A stretch of DNA of 64,000 nucleotides from Eledone cirrhosa (taxonomy: Eukaryota), in NCBI GenBank assembly GCA_964016885.1, contig OZ024765.1, forward strand, positions 16,740,001 to 16,804,000, in the 5' to 3' direction. A program made the position numbers and the translations under genes. Below the pieces are notes generated by a model. The model searched no databases. It saw nothing but the letters and a program-made list of their open reading frames with translations, and had not been told where the DNA came from. Shown here one piece after another: positions 25,301 through 39,913 of the stretch (positions are counted from its first letter, which is position 1; each line of letters starts with the position of its first letter).

Positions 25301-26140
25301 TGTTGAAGGTAATGGTCGTAGGTGGGATGGTAGTGGTGGTGGTGGTGATGGTGGTGGTGGTGGTGATGGTGGTGTTGTTGAAGGTAATGGTCGTAGGTGG
25401 GATGGTAGTGGTGGTGGTGGTGATGGTAGTGGTGGTGGTTGTGGTGATGGTGGTGGTGGTTGTGGTGATGGTGGTGGTGTTGAAGGTAATGGTCGTAGGT
25501 GGGATGGTAGTGGTGGTGGTGGTGATGGTAGTGGTGGTGGTTGTGGTGATGGTAGTGGTGGTGGTGGTGGTGATGGTGGTGGTGTTGAAGGTAATGGTCG
25601 TAGGTGGGATGGTAGTGGTGGTAGTGGTGGTGGTGGTGGTATTGATTGTGGTGCTGATGGTAATGATCGTAGGTGGGATGGTAATGATCGTAGGTGGGAT
25701 GGTAGTGGTGGTGCTGATGGTATTGATGGTGGTGCTGATGAATATGGTTGTAGGGAGGGTGGTGGTGGTGGTATTGATTGTGGTGCTGATGGTAATGATC
25801 GTAGGTGGGATGGTAGTGGTGGTGCTGATGGTATTGATGGTGGTGCTGATGAATATGGTTGTAGGGAGGGTGGTGGTGGTGGTATTGTTTAATTATTATG
25901 CTGATTAGGTGTTATCTTAATGGGCTGGCACTTCATTGTTTGTGGAGACTTCATTACCAACACCACCACCACCACCACCACCACCACCATTATTATCATT
26001 AACATTATTACCATTATTACCACCATCACCATCACCACCATCATTATCACCATTATCACCACCACCTTCATTATCATTATTATCACCACCACCACCACCA
26101 TTATCACCACCACCACCACCATTATCACCACCACCACCAC
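22350..26140. repeat. (GGT)n-based low-complexity/minisatellite block
   Basis: Sub-arrays gtggtggt, ggttttgttgtggtggtggt and gttgaaggtaatggtcgtaggtgggatggtagtggtg. Confidence 0.95.
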
Positions 26141-26239
26141 CATTGCCTATATTATCGCCATTATTTCAACCACCATCATCAAATACAGCAGATGCATTAT
26201 ATACCTATACATATATATATATATATCCATAAATATTAT

Positions 26240-26284
<45 letters not shown>

Positions 26285-26529
26285 AATATATATATGTGAG
26301 TGTGTGTGTATGTATATATACATACATACATACATACATAGATACATTCACCCATCATCATCATCATCAAAAATAACAGCCGCATTCTCTGTGTGTGTGT
26401 GTATATATATATGTATATATATGTATAGATACATATATACATATATATATACACACACACACAGACAGACAGAACGTATGTATTCATATATATGTATATA
26501 AAGATGCAGATATATATATGTGTGTGTGC

Positions 26530-26588
<59 letters not shown>

Positions 26589-26782
26589 TGTGCATTTGTC
26601 AGTTTTCCTTATACACATGATATAGTTGAAATAGATATCTCTATAGGTTTCAAGTTATAGTATGTGTGTGTGTATAAGATACTTTTCCTACTATATCAAG
26701 CATTAAACTAATATACATCTTCATTGTAATGTATCGTTTTGCCGTGTTGTTTTTTGTTTACTTTTTGCACACACACATATAT

Positions 26783-26820
<38 letters not shown>

Positions 26821-27457
26821 TTATATATACATTTATATATATAAATATATAAATATACAAATATATATATATATATATATATATACATATTCATGTGTAT
26901 ATACATGTATATTTATATATACATATATATAGAAATACACACACACACACACACATATATATACATATATATATATTTTTATAATGCAGCCCTACTTTAG
27001 TATCCTAACTATTGAGTACTCTGTCGAGTAATGGTCTGACTAGTTTTAAACTGGTTATATCCTGATATATACACACATATATACACACACACATATATAT
27101 ATATATATATATCAGAACAATATAGTGCTAATGTACTCGCAATGTAGATAATATTTTAATGTTCTACTTGATTATATGTGTTTTATGCAAGATATTTATA
27201 ATGTTATATCCATAACACTATCTGTATGAGTGCCCTCTGTTTTTCATATTTTACAGCCAAATTTACATCAAGGGTGCTATAGTCAATAAGTTGATTTATA
27301 TATTTTATATATCAATATAATTTCATTGTTATAGACTGAATACGCACGTGTTATTTTTTTCTCCCAATTTTTTTTCAAAACTTTTTCCTCATTTTTTTCC
27401 CCTATTCCTTCCTATAATCACTCTTTAATTTCTATTTATTTTCTATTTCTAACTCTA

Positions 27458-27513
27458 TCTTCAGATGAAGGACTAGTATCAAACAGACCCCAGAAACTAT
27501 GACCAAGTAAAGA
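27458..27513 (+). ncRNA. Hammerhead-like motif (U4A core variant) directly upstream of the Penelope fragment
   Basis: tctt CAGATGA agg...ccca GAAA ct[atgacca]ag TA aaga. Stem II is weak. Confidence 0.45.
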
Positions 27514-28733
27514 AAATGCTTGCACATTCACTAGGGGCCAGTATCAGGATAACATGAATTTAACTTACTCATTGTGGATTTAGTAAGAGTGATGAGGCAT
27601 AATTAGAAAGGCACATACAACATTTCATCCACCACATGCAGTTCTCTGGCTACAATAAGAGAGACAGGATCAGGTTATATAAAGGAGCCAGGACCATATG
27701 GCCAAAGATTGTAGAAAATGATACAAATGGGATTTGCCCATGTATAGGAGCAAATTTTGGAATAAGATAAAGAATTAAGTAGACCAATAAAGTTAACTCA
27801 TGGTATGAAAACAATAAATGCCAGAGTGTCATCTTCCTCAATGCAGCCCCCAGAGGTGAACTAGCTTACAGATTTAGAAGGGCTCTAGACAAACTAAAAT
27901 TAAATATTGAAAGATCAGGTATTCCCATAAAAACCCTAATTAGTAGAACATATCCTTAAAAAAATAAACCTTGCATTGATAGGAAAGGCAGAGTATGCAA
28001 GTTAAGCCCACAAATTAACCACGAAACTAGGAACGTAGTATATAACATAAGATGTACTGGGAGACAGTGTAGGAATAAGAATATAACATACATAGGTGAG
28101 ACAGCCTGTATCATAGGAGAAAGGATAAGTGAACACTGTCGAGAACTCCAGGATGGTAATAACTCATCAGTACTCCACCAACATACATAGGTGAGACAGC
28201 CTGTATCATAGGAGAAAGGATAAGTGAACACTGTCGAGAACTCCAGGATGGTAATAACTCATCAGTACTCCACCAACAGACATAGGTGAAACAGCCTGTA
28301 GCATAGGAGAAGGGATAAGTGAACACTGGCGAGAACTCCAGGATGGTAATAACTCATCAGTACTCCACCAACATACATAGGTGAAACAGCCTGTAGCATA
28401 GGAGAAGGGATAAGTGAACACTGTCGAGAACTCCAGGATGGTAATAACTCATCAGTACTCCACCAACATACATAGGTGAAACAGCCCGTAGCATAGGAGA
28501 AAGAACAAATGAACACTGGCGAGAACTCCAAGATGGGAAAAACTCATCAGTACTCCACTAACATACAAAAATAGAACATTGGGGCACATTAGAGAACAGA
28601 GATAGAAATGATATCCACACACAGAAAAGATGCAATGCTCAGTCAAATCACAGAGGCGACAAATATAAACGAACTCCCACCAAAACTAAACAGAAAACAT
28701 GAGTGGAATAGCAACATTACAACTAGTAATTAA
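27514..28733 (+). mobile_element. Degenerate Penelope-like element: RT thumb/linker and GIY-YIG endonuclease
   Basis: My translation gives HFIHHMQFSGYNKRDR, WYENNKCQSVIFLNAAPRGELAYRF, ETRNVVYNIRCTGRQC...TYIGETACIIGERISEH and SQITEATNINELPPKLNRKHEWN, with stops and frameshifts. Confidence 0.85.
28086..28560 (+). repeat. 5 x 95-bp tandem repeat of the YIGET..EH endonuclease segment
   Basis: Units start at 28086, 28181, 28276, 28371 and 28466. Confidence 0.95.
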
Positions 28734-29103
28734 GGACAAGATGAAGACATACAGACACACACAAAAACCAAACTAATTAAACAAATCAGACACACACAGA
28801 TAGAACAAACAACCTGTTAGCGGCAAGTAAATAAACGTATAAATAAATAAACACACACACACACACACTGATACAACATATGTGTAAGCCAAGCACACAG
28901 CACACAAAAACAAGACGGTGTGGGACACAAAATAATAAATTAGCCACGAAGGAGGTCACAGAATGTGTGATGAAAGAGCCTTCTCAATAAATAAAAAAAA
29001 CCCATCCAATTATTAAACCAACCAACTGGAAATTTATAATAAATTGAAGTGAAAACCAACAGGTGCATGTGTTTTTATTGGCAACATGACCCTCTGGAAG
29101 TAT

Positions 29104-29147
<44 letters not shown>

Positions 29148-29455
29148 ATGATAGTGAGAAAAATCGAAGTTGCAGCTGCAGCTAGCAGCTTTCGAAAGAA
29201 CAATCCGCAGAAGCTGGCACAAGCACTCAATGAGATGATATCGATAAATCGATAAGTTAAAGCTCGGAGAAATAAACATATAAATATATATAAATATATA
29301 TATGGAGTGGGTCTCTGATCTTTGAGCTACAAATGTATATTTATATATATATATATATATATATGTACACACATATATACATATGTACACATACATACAT
29401 ATATATCTACACACATACACATATATGTACATATATATATATACACACACACACA

Positions 29456-29753
29456 CACTGTAGCCCCATCATTCACAGACCTGGTTATTCACGGAATAAC
29501 TAATAATTGTTCATGGAAACCAACGCAAATTTGCGGAATCATAAATATCTTGCGCGATTATTTTATGGCTTTTTTCATGGCAAAATATATTTTTTCACGC
29601 TTTTTAGCGCTAAAATATTAATAACAATAAACCATATTTGTTGGCCTAGATTGTACGTTACGCTTTGACGTTTATAGACATTTTTATGGGCCATGTCCAA
29701 TAATTGCAGGTGTTTTAGGAACATAACCCCCGTGAACACTTGGGGGACAACTG
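29456..29753. mobile_element. Old pogo/Tigger-like MITE
   Basis: The right end reads ta|cagttgtcccccaagtgttcacgggggttatgttcc on the minus strand. The left end cactgtagccccatcattcac is degenerate. Confidence 0.5.
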
Positions 29754-29764
29754 TATATATATGA

Positions 29765-30775
29765 CAGCAGGTCCTGTCAGAAGCAATTGAGACCAGCCAA
29801 GCTCATGGATGTTATCCAACCATCTTGCTCAGGGTCTACTCCCGAGTCTCCTGCCGGCTGGTTTTGCCCATAAAATCAGTCCAGCTATTCTTTCCTGAGA
29901 CATTCTACCACATGTCCATAGTATCAGAACTGTGGTCTCTCAATTCAGAGAAGTAGCAACTCTACCTGGAGTGACTCTTTGATCTCTGAGCTACAAATCT
30001 GTCCAGTGATTCTTTCCTGAGACATTCTAACCACATGCCCATAGTATTGAAGCTGTAATCTCTCAATTCAGAGAAGTAGCAGCTCTACCTGGAATGACTC
30101 TTTGATCTTTGATCTACAAATCTGTCCAGTGATTCTTTCCTGAGACATTCTAACCACAGGTCCATAGTATCAGAGCTGTGATCTCTCAATTTGGAGAAGT
30201 AGCAGCTCTACCTGGAGTGACTCTCTGATCGCTGAGCTATAAATCTGTCCAGTGATTCTTTCCTGAGACATTCTAACCCCATGCCCATAATATCAGAGCT
30301 GTGATCTCTCAATTCAGAGAAGTAGCAGCTCTACCTGGAGTGACTCTTTGATCTTTGATCTACAAATATCTCCAGTAATTCTTTCCCAAGACATTCTAAC
30401 CACATGTCCATAGTATCAGAGCTGTGATCTCTCAATTCAGAGAAGTAGCAGCTCTACCTGGAGTGACTCTCTGATCTCTTAGCTACAAATCTGTCCAGTG
30501 ATTCTTTCCCGAGACATTCTAACCACATGTCCATAGTATTGAAGCTGTGATCTCTCAATTCAGAGAAGTAGCAACTCTACCTGGAGTGACTCTTTGATCT
30601 CTAAGCTACAAATCTGTCCAGTGATTCTTTCCTGAGACATTCTAACCACATGTCCATAGTATTGAAGCTGTGATCTCTTAATTCAGAAAAGTAGCAGCTC
30701 TACCTCGAGTGACTCTTTGATCTTTGATCTACAAATCTGTCCAGTGATTCTTTCCCGAGACATTCTAACCACATG
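29765..30775 (-). mobile_element. Rex3/Expander-like RTE 3' fragment, expanded as ~7.3 x 123-bp tandem repeat (29879-30775)
   Basis: Minus-strand ICSSEIKESLQVELLLL.IERSQL.YYGHVVRMSQER...KPAGRR...RP.ARWLDNIHELGW. Units at 29879, 30001, 30124, 30247, 30370, 30493, 30616 and 30739. Confidence 0.85.
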
Positions 30776-31046
30776 GCAATAGTATGTTTGCAATAAAAAA
30801 CATTTTTTTCTTCATTAAACATTGAAAGTAAGAGGAAAGGGTAATAAACAGCAGATTGTACACTTCAATCAATGAGGCATATCTCAGCAGCACTCTGCAA
30901 ACAAAATGGCAAATGCATTACTGCTGTTAGCAGCCAGCAACACCCACTGCATGACACAATCCACCAATCCACCTCACAAAGCTCCTTTTCAGGTGGGCAG
31001 GATGCACTTCTTGAAAGTATGGAAACACATATAAAAAGTATAACGA

Positions 31047-31312
31047 TAATTGTTTCTACTTTAGGCACAAGGCCAGCAAAAACCCAGTACATTACTGGTA
31101 CTTTATTTTATCAACCCTGTAAGGATGAAAGGCAAAGTCAACCTCTTGATTTAGATACAAAGAAAACAATTTTGGGGGAGGAGAAAGTTGATTAAATTGA
31201 CCCCAGTGTGTTACTGGTATTTTATTTTACCAATTCTGTAAGGATTGAACTCAGAATGTAATGGGCTGTAACTCTATGCTGTAAAGCATGTTGTCCAATG
31301 CTCTACCGATTC
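31047..31312 (-). mobile_element. Two degenerate SINE family A pieces
   Basis: Family A tail and body motifs. Confidence 0.75.
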
Positions 31313-31324
31313 TGTGGCTATAAC

Positions 31325-32695
31325 TATTGTTATTGCTGCTGCTGTTAATGTCATTGTTGCTGTTGTTACTGTAGTTATTACAACTGCTATTATTGTTAGT
31401 TATTTTTGTTGTTATTGTTGTTGTTACTGTTGTTACTAGTAGTGCTATTGTTGTTGTTACTGTTATTGTTACTGTTGTTACTAGTAGTGCTATTGTTGTT
31501 GTTGTTACTGTTGTTGTTACTGTTGTTACTGTTGTTACTAGTAGTGCTATTGTTGTTGTTGTTACTGTTGTTGTTACTGTTGTTACTGTTGTTACTAGTA
31601 GTGCTATTGTTGTTGTTACTGTTGTTGTTACTGTTGTTACTAGTAGTGCTATTGTTGTTGTTGTTACTGTTGTTGTTACTGTTGTTACTAGTAGTGCTAT
31701 TGTTGTTGTTACTGTTGTTGTTACTGTTGTTACTAGTAGTGCTATTGTTGTTGTTGTTACTGTTGTTGTTACTGTTGTTACTAGTAGTGCTATTGTTGTT
31801 GTTGTTACTGTTGTTGTTACTGTTGTTACTAGTAGTGCTATTGTTGTTGTTGTTACTGTTGTTGTTACTGTTGTTACTAGTAGTGCTATTGTTGTTGTTG
31901 TTACTGTTGTTGTTACTGTTGTTACTAGTAGTGCTATTGTTGTTGTTGTTACTGTTGTTGTTACTGTTGTTACTAGTAGTGCTATTGTTGTTACTGTTGT
32001 GACTGTTGTTACTGTTGTTGTTGCTGTTGTTGCTGTTGTTGCTGTTGTTGCTGTTGTTACTGTTGTTGTTACTGTTGTTGTTACTGTTGTTGTTACTGTT
32101 GTTACTGTTGTTGTTACTGTTGTTACTGTTGTTGTTACTGTTGTTGTTACTGTTGTTACTGTTGTTACTGGTGTTGTTACTGTTGTTGTTACTGTTGTTA
32201 CTGTTGTTGTTGCTGTTGTTACTGTTGTTACTGTTGTTGTTGCTGTTGTTGTTACTGTTGTTACTGTTGTTGCTGTTGTTACTGTTGTTGTTACTGTTGT
32301 TACTGTTGTTGTTACTGTTGTTGTTACTGTTGTTACTGGTGTTGTTACTGGTGTTGTTACTGTTGTTACTGTTGTTACTGTTGTTGTTACTGTTGTTGTT
32401 ACTGTTGTTGTTACTGTTGTTGTTACTGTTGTTGTTACTGGTGTTGTTACTGTTGTTGTTACTAGTAGTGCTACTGTTGCCATTACTGTTTTTACTGTTG
32501 TAATTGTTGATACTATTGTTACTGTTGTTGTTGTTGTTGTTGTTACTGTTACTGGTGTTGTTACTGTTGTAACTGTTGTTACTGTTGTTTTTACTGTTAT
32601 TGTTACTGGTCTTATTTTTACTGTTGTTGTTACTGTTGTTGTTGTTATTATTTCTATTGTTGCCGTTACTGTTGTTGTTGTTGTTATTAATGTTG
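31325..32695. repeat. (GTT)n/ACT trinucleotide-based minisatellite
   Basis: gttgttactgttgttactagtagtgctatt units. Confidence 0.95.
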
Positions 32696-32935
32696 TTCTA
32701 GTTTTTAAAATAATCCCATGAATAAAAATGAATGACAATTTATTTCTGAGAGTAGAACACAGATAAGACTTGGTCATTGAATACTTCTAATGTTAACACT
32801 CACAGGAGCGATTTGTCTGCTGCTTCTATTGTTGTTGCTGTTGTTGTTGTTGTCGTAGTGGTGGTAGTGAAGGGTTTGTGGTTTGACTCATTGTGTAACT
32901 ACATACACTTGCATGAATATATGTGTGTATATATG

Positions 32936-32988
<53 letters not shown>

Positions 32989-33102
32989 CTATATATATAT
33001 GCATATATATATGCATATATCTATATATATATATATATGCATATATATATGTATATATACATATATATATACATATATATATATACACATACATATATAT
33101 AC

Positions 33103-33205
<103 letters not shown>

Positions 33206-33257
33206 GATAGATATATATATACATATATATACATATATATATATAATGTATATATAC

Positions 33258-33297
<40 letters not shown>

Positions 33298-33335
33298 ATA
33301 CATATATATATAAATGTGTATATATATATATATGT

Positions 33336-33366
<31 letters not shown>

Positions 33367-33758
33367 CGTATATATATATATACGTATACATATATATATA
33401 TATACATACATACATATATATATACATACATATATATATACATACATATACATACATGTATATATACATATATACACATACATGTATATATACATATATA
33501 CATACATATTTACATATATACATACATATTTATATACAGATATATACATACATGTATATATACGTATAAATATATACATATGTATATATACATACACATG
33601 TATATATGTATATACATATATATACATATATATATAAATACATGTATATATGTATATACACATATACATATATATATACACATATATATATATATATACA
33701 CATATATATATATATATATACACATATATATATGTATATACATACATATATATATATA

Positions 33759-33803
<45 letters not shown>

Positions 33804-34028
33804 TATATAATATATATATATACATATATATATAATATATATATATACATATATATATATATACAAACATATATATATGTATATACATACATATATATAT
33901 ATATATAATATATACATATATATATATACATACATATATATATACATACATATATATACATATATATGAATATACATGTATACATATGTAATCAGTGTGA
34001 GAGTGTGTTTATATATATACACAGACAT

Positions 34029-34114
<86 letters not shown>

Positions 34115-34573
34115 TCACACAGACACATGCATACAAGCATACAAGCATGTACATACAGACATCCCCAGGCTGAGACCATTCACCAATGCAGATATACTCA
34201 TAAGCACACTGACACATGTAAAACATACACACACATATATATATATACACACACAGACACACACACATATATATATATAAATACACATATATATATATAA
34301 AAACACCCATTTACATATACACACATATAAATATATACACATACATATATATATATATATATACACACACACATACATATATATATTCACACAAATATAT
34401 ATATATACACATACACACATATATGCATATATACATACATACATACACGCATATATATATATATAGACATATACGTATATTTATGCATATACATATACGT
34501 GTATATATATATACGTATATATATATACACACAAACATATACATATATATATACGTATATATACAAACACACA

Positions 34574-34605
<32 letters not shown>

Positions 34606-35223
34606 CACATACATATATACATACATATACATATATATATATAAATATATAGACATATGTACACAGACACACACGCATATATACGTATATATATACACAT
34701 ATGTATACACATTTATATATACATATATACACAAATATATAGACATATATATATACACAAATATATAGACATATATATACACAAATATATAGACATATAT
34801 ATACACACATAAATATATAGACATATATATATACACATAAATATATAGACATATATATATACACAAATATATAGACATATATATATACACATAAGTAAAT
34901 AGACATATATATATACACACACACACATATGCATACATATATATACAGATTTATATATACATATTTATATATCCTGATTTATATATACATATATATATAT
35001 ATACATATACATACAAGCTATATGTGTATATACTGATATATATATATAAGTTATATATATATACACAGATGTAATATATATATATATATATATATATAGA
35101 CATATGTAACATGTGCGTGTGTGTATGGGGGGGGGTATGTGTGTGTGTGGGACAAAAGCACCACCTTTTGTTTTGTGAGTCTTTATTATTAGGTTTTTGA
35201 TGTTTAAATGAACCCCCCCCCCC

Positions 35224-35263
<40 letters not shown>

Positions 35264-35662
35264 TACATACACATAGGTACAAACATTCATATATATCTAC
35301 ATATGTGTATGTATATATATATATATATATATATACATGTGTATCTGCACTCATATATATGTATATACACATCTCTCTCTCTCTATATATATATATACAC
35401 ATATATATATGTATATACACATATCTCTCTCTATATATATGCATTTATATATGTCTTTCTCTCATATATATATATATATATGAGAGAAAGACATATATAA
35501 ATGCATATATATAGAGAGAGATATGTGTATATACATATATATATATATATATAGTGAGAGATATGTGTATATACATATATATATATAGTGAGAGAGAGAT
35601 ATGCGTATATGCATATATATATGTGCGTGTGTGTGTTTATATATATATATATACACACTCAC

Positions 35663-35702
<40 letters not shown>

Positions 35703-35927
35703 AGGTAGTATGAAAGTATAAAGAAAGTGTGTATGTGAGAGAGGGGGGTGAAGTGCTCTATGATTTCTATTATTAACATGAGGACAAATATGTAGATGTG
35801 GGTGGAAGGAAAGGGTATGATTGTGTGTGTGTGTTTACGTGTGATTCTTCATGTATCCTGGTTCATTCAAGATTGCGTTGTATTGAATAGTTCTGAATAT
35901 ACATATATATATACATATATATGTATA

Positions 35928-35957
<30 letters not shown>

Positions 35958-35958
<1 letters not shown>

Positions 35959-36110
35959 GGTGGCTGCCAACTCGTTTTCGTGTACGGCCACTACTTTATA
36001 TCCATGTAGGAGAACCCCTACCGATGCGCTGACCGAGTGACTTTTTAGTCCAGCCAGCGACTTGAGAACTCTGGTACAAACACTACACTTGTGACAATTA
36101 TTGACCCATA
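35958..36110 (-). mobile_element. 3' tip of a zinc-finger-bearing RTE-type LINE
   Basis: HKCSVCTRVLKSLAGLKSH resembles the C-terminal CxxC..GLxSH finger of RTE/BovB-type ORFs. Confidence 0.55.
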
Positions 36111-36264
36111 GTGCTGGGCCCATGGTACCATGTGACGACAAGTGCAGAGAGATCTCTAGATATAAAGCAATACCTGTGCCGTGAAGCTTTTATAGTGAGC
36201 AAAGGCACTGCACAAAGCCAGTCCCACTCTCTTAACCAAGATGATATTTACCAAAAAGAAGAAC

Positions 36265-36500
36265 AAGTCAACATCATTGGATACCATCAGAGTTGCAGGT
36301 GTTATATCAGAGTTTTCGTTCTCCTAGAATTCTGCCTTGACAAAGGCTAAGGGGTCATCTCTCCCGGTGATTTTGGATGGCCATTGACTCTTAACAGCTC
36401 CTTTGCCCTTTGACAGGTTTTGTTTTTAGTCCTGCAGGATGTCCAAAGTCACCCTCCTCACCAAGAAACATTGGTGGGGTTCCCAGTTTAGTCGCCATGA
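36265..36500 (-). mobile_element. Possible LINE 5'UTR remnant
   Basis: Minus-strand aaggcagaattctaggagaacgaaaactctga resembles, from memory, a motif in RTE-clade 5' regions. Confidence 0.35.
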
Positions 36501-37240
36501 GACAGTTTAGTCGATCCGACCATGAGACAGGTTGTACAGGGATACATGTTACCAGTAGCACCAACTGGTGACCTGACATAATATACATACATGTATGTCT
36601 TAAGCTAATTTGGCCGGTGCTTATCAGAAGCGACTGAGAGTACAAGACTTACCTCTGGACAGCACGCCAGTCCATCGCAGGGTTAAACCCCCAGCTGTAT
36701 ATATATACGTACATATATATATACGTACATACATATATACATATATACACATGTATACATATATACACATATATACATATATACACATATATACATACAT
36801 ATATATATATACATACATATATATATATACATACATATATATATATACATACATATATATATATATACATACATATATATATATATACATACATATATAT
36901 ATATATACATACATATATATATACATACATATATATATATATACATACATATACATACATACATACATATATATATATATACATACATATACATACATAC
37001 ATACATATACATATATATATACATACATATACATACATACATATATATATACATACATACATATATATATACATACATATATATATACATACATATATAT
37101 ATACATACATACATATATACACATATATATACATACATATATATATATATATATACACATATATATACATACACATATATATACATACATATATATATAT
37201 ACACATATATATACATACATATATATATATACACATATAT

Positions 37241-37271
<31 letters not shown>

Positions 37272-37311
37272 CATATATATATACATACATATATATATAT
37301 ATATACATATA

Positions 37312-37542
37312 TGCAAAAGTTCTATTTAAATTGTTGGGATACATCAAGCAAATATTATTATAACTGATATGGCCTCCAAAAATAACGGTCACCTTTTTGA
37401 AAGGGTACGTCAATATCTATTTGTAAAACTGTTATATATTGTATTTTGTCTGATGAAGGCATACCATGATTTAACTTGGTATCCTTGAAATATATATAAT
37501 AAAATAAATATGGTTTTATAAATATAGTTTCCATTTATTAAT

Positions 37543-37545
<3 letters not shown>
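37312..37545 (+). mobile_element. ~235-bp hammerhead-bearing element between (TA)n tracts, copy 1
   Basis: Homologous end to end to the reverse complement of 46060-46292 (atttaaattgttggg...ataactgatat...aaatatagtttccatttatt). Confidence 0.8.
37442..37506 (+). ncRNA. Minimal type I hammerhead ribozyme, canonical core
   Basis: tattttgt CTGATGA aggcatacca...tggtatcctt GAAA tatata TA ataaaata. Confidence 0.82.
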
Positions 37546-37621
<76 letters not shown>

Positions 37622-37629
37622 TAAAATAA

Positions 37630-37703
37630 CAGATTAAAGTTTAAGCAAAGAATCGCTGCTTTCACCCTTAACGGGATCTTCTGAAACTAACAAAGTCAAT
37701 CTG
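37630..37703 (-). ncRNA. Type I hammerhead with extended stem I, U4A core variant
   Basis: cagattga[ctttgtt]agttt CAGAAGA tccc[gttaa]gggt GAAA gcag[cgattct]ttgc TT aaact ttaatctg. Confidence 0.6.
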
Positions 37704-37952
37704 TAAACGCAGAAGTGGATATTTCAAAAAACATTGCAACCTGAGGAAGACAGGAAGACGATACTTAGGTTCATGGAAACGTTCCCTGGCAAAGAACGGG
37801 AAAAAACGAATATAAACGTCATTATAGTCTAGTTTCAGAACTTTAATCTGTTATTTTAATAAATATTTGCTCTACGGTTCTTATATATTTGATATATATT
37901 TATCCTTATCGAGCCCTCCTTGGATTTTAGTCTTCAAATTTATTATTATTAC

Positions 37953-37986
<34 letters not shown>

Positions 37987-38070
37987 CATATATATATACA
38001 TATATATATATACATACTTATATACATATATATATATACATATATACATACATATATATATATACATACT

Positions 38071-38183
<113 letters not shown>

Positions 38184-38257
38184 ACATATATATATATACA
38201 TATATATATATACATATATATATATACATACTTATATATACATACATATATATACAT

Positions 38258-38391
<134 letters not shown>

Positions 38392-38481
38392 CATTTGAAG
38401 ACAATAAATCCAAAGAGGGCTCGATAAGGATAAATATATATCAAATATATAAGAACCGTAGAGCAAATATTATTAAAATAA

Positions 38482-38555
38482 CAGATTAAAGTTTAAGCAA
38501 AGAATCGCTGCTTTCACCCTTAACGGGATCTTCTGAAACTAACAAAGTCAATTTG
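38482..38555 (-). ncRNA. Second copy of the U4A hammerhead
   Basis: Same fold as 37630-37703. Confidence 0.6.
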
Positions 38556-39161
38556 TGAACGCAGAAGTGGATATTTCAAAAAACGTTGCAACGGGAGGAA
38601 GACAGGAAGACGATACTTTGGTTCGTGGAAACGTTCCCTGGCAAAGAACGGGAAAAACGAATATAATACGTCATTAATAGGAGCGGTGAAAAACAATTAC
38701 GCGCAAAGACAGAACCACGTTTATGGTATAAAAGAAGTCGTAGACTAATGTTCTCTTAGGTGGAGCATAGAGACGTTCTCTGGCAATGAACGAAAAAAAC
38801 GAAGATAATACGTCATATGTGCGGCGGGAGAACAATTGCACGCAAAGACAAAACCACGTAAATGGTATAACTGAAGTCGTAGACTAAAATTCTAACTAGG
38901 AAACCGAATGATTCTTGGCTTCAGAGTTTAAGAACAAAGTAAATAAAATACAGAGGTTATTGAAATTAAATAATACATACACCATCCATATACGTACATA
39001 CACGAAAACACTCGCCCATAGGTATACAAATACACGCACATATAAATATGTGTGTGTGTGTGAGTGCGTGTATACAAATAGTTAAATAAACGTATATAAA
39101 TAAATAAATACGTATATAACAAGCGCACACACATACCTACATGTAATTCATTCATATTTAT

Positions 39162-39575
<414 letters not shown>

Positions 39576-39589
39576 TGTTTCTTTATTTA

Positions 39590-39787
39590 AATAATGGTTT
39601 CTTATTTAGGCACAAGGCCAGCAATTTTGGGAGGAGGGGGGGGGTCGATGAAATTGAGTCCAGTGCGTGACAGGTACTTTATTTATCGACCCCGTAAGGA
39701 TGAAAGGCAAAGTTAACCTCGGCGGGATTTGAACTCAGATCATAAAGGGCCGTAACTCTATGCGGCAAAGCATGGCGTCAGACCCTA
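39590..39787 (-). mobile_element. SINE family A, long-tail variant
   Basis: Family A body with an extra gggaggagggg..gtcgatgaaattgagtccagtg segment. Confidence 0.82.
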
Positions 39788-39812
39788 GATAGATAGAGAG
39801 AAATATTATATA

Positions 39813-39855
<43 letters not shown>

Positions 39856-39882
39856 AATATATATATTTCCCTCTATCTGCTT

Positions 39883-39913
<31 letters not shown>

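Noticed and set aside
23091-25908. 465-aa and 526-aa ORFs (P/T/H-rich, poly-V)
   Set aside because: They come from (GGT)n-derived repeats open in several frames on both strands, with no domain or splice context.
29150-29280. GAAA-gctgc..gcagc-TG hairpin, loosely similar to 63580-63685
   Set aside because: The cleavage position would be G and I found no CUGANGA half, so it stays an unclassified TA-flanked island.
31251-32777. 508-aa mucin-like Thr-rich ORF
   Set aside because: It is a trinucleotide minisatellite that ends inside a SINE and is also open on the opposite strand.
32797-32900. Minus-strand exon candidate ending cct|gtgagt
   Set aside because: The acceptor is poor, the peptide is low-complexity and there are no partner exons.
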